A model generated the notes under the pieces. That model was not told where the DNA came from and searched no databases. It saw only the letters and a list, made by a program, of their open reading frames with translations. Both the position numbers and the translations under genes were made by a program. This document shows, piece by piece, positions 31,683-32,000 of a DNA stretch of 32,000 nt (positions within the stretch are counted from its first letter, which is position 1; each line of letters begins with the position of its first letter). This DNA comes from Ruminococcus albus 7 = DSM 20455 (GTDB taxonomy: Bacteria; Bacillota; Clostridia; Oscillospirales; Ruminococcaceae), in the NCBI RefSeq assembly GCF_000179635.2, contig NC_014824.1, positions 1 through 32,000 of the forward strand. The letters are read 5' to 3'.

Positions 31683-32000
31683 ATGAAAGAATTAACAGAG
31701 AACTATTGTAAAACAGGAACTGATAACATGTCCGATTTTTACAATATTCTTGACACTATGGATTCAAGAACGTCTTACCGCAAGATAAGAATGGATCTTA
31801 TAACTCTTCTTCATATTTGTGACGAGCATGATCTCGCTCAGTTTTCTATCGATCCAAATATCGTTCCTAATGATATGTGGCCGATAATACCTATGAATCC
31901 ACGAAATGAAGTCGAAGAAGTGTTACTGCTCAATAAGAACAGAGCAGTACCTAATCACGATCCGTCATGCGCCGAACTAAAAAAAGAAATAGATAGCATG
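31683..32000 (+). CDS. Hypothetical protein, 5' part only (runs off the window end)
   Basis: ATG 31683 follows AAGGAGGA (31667-31674). Hand translation (MKELTENYCKTGTDNMSDFYNIL...) shows 106 codons with no stop up to the window edge. It is absent from the ORF track because no stop codon is present. Confidence 0.4.
   Translation, partial: MKELTENYCKTGTDNMSDFYNILDTMDSRTSYRKIRMDLITLLHICDEHDLAQFSIDPNIVPNDMWPIIPMNPRNEVEEVLLLNKNRAVPNHDPSCAELKKEIDSM

Noticed and set aside
1-32000. Stop-codon reassignment, as in some large gut phages
   Set aside because: TAA, TGA (for example 5866-5868 and 25898-25900) and TAG (15552-15554) all terminate well-supported genes at sensible positions. No gene needs read-through to be complete.

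Overview
This is an AT-rich window with 24 of 25 supported genes on the + strand. It reads like part of a self-replicating mobile element (large plasmid, phage-plasmid or ICE-like) of a low-GC monoderm bacterium.

**Left third, replication module:**
- two tandem RecD2-like SF1B helicases
- an orphan DnaG-type CHC2 zinc-finger protein with no primase catalytic domain
- a DnaE-type Pol III alpha with a large coiled-coil insertion in its PHP domain
- a two-OB-fold SSB-like protein
- a coiled-coil / wHTH / PD-(D/E)xK-like protein

**Middle (14.8-20.1 kb), the most unusual part:** a three-gene operon encodes a 59-aa single-TM peptide (below the ORF-track cutoff), a 172-aa polytopic membrane protein and a 1481-aa HerA/FtsK/VirB4-superfamily P-loop ATPase. 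The ATPase is split by a domain of about 590 aa. In that domain every second residue is Ser/Gly/Asn/Thr/Ala, in an unbroken register apart from a single one-residue slip at a central Gly-Pro.

**Right third, a complete secretin-less Tad/Flp (type IVc) pilus locus:** CpaB, TadZ with an inserted zinc ribbon, CpaF/TadA, TadB, TadC, Flp pilin, the prepilin peptidase TadV, TadE, a TadG-like protein and a large secreted protein. A convergent lipoprotein gene and the start of another + strand operon follow.

**Regulation:** every operon starts with the same 17-nt motif (consensus aAATTTTCtgcTATAAT). There are 9 copies on + and 1 degenerate copy on -. Five of the nine + strand copies sit just downstream of a rho-independent terminator, and a sixth, bidirectional terminator closes the Tad locus and the convergent lipoprotein gene.

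**Not found:** no rRNA, tRNA, CRISPR array, transposase or integrase was recognised. All three standard stop codons are used.

All domain calls rest on motifs read by eye in the translations. No database search was possible.
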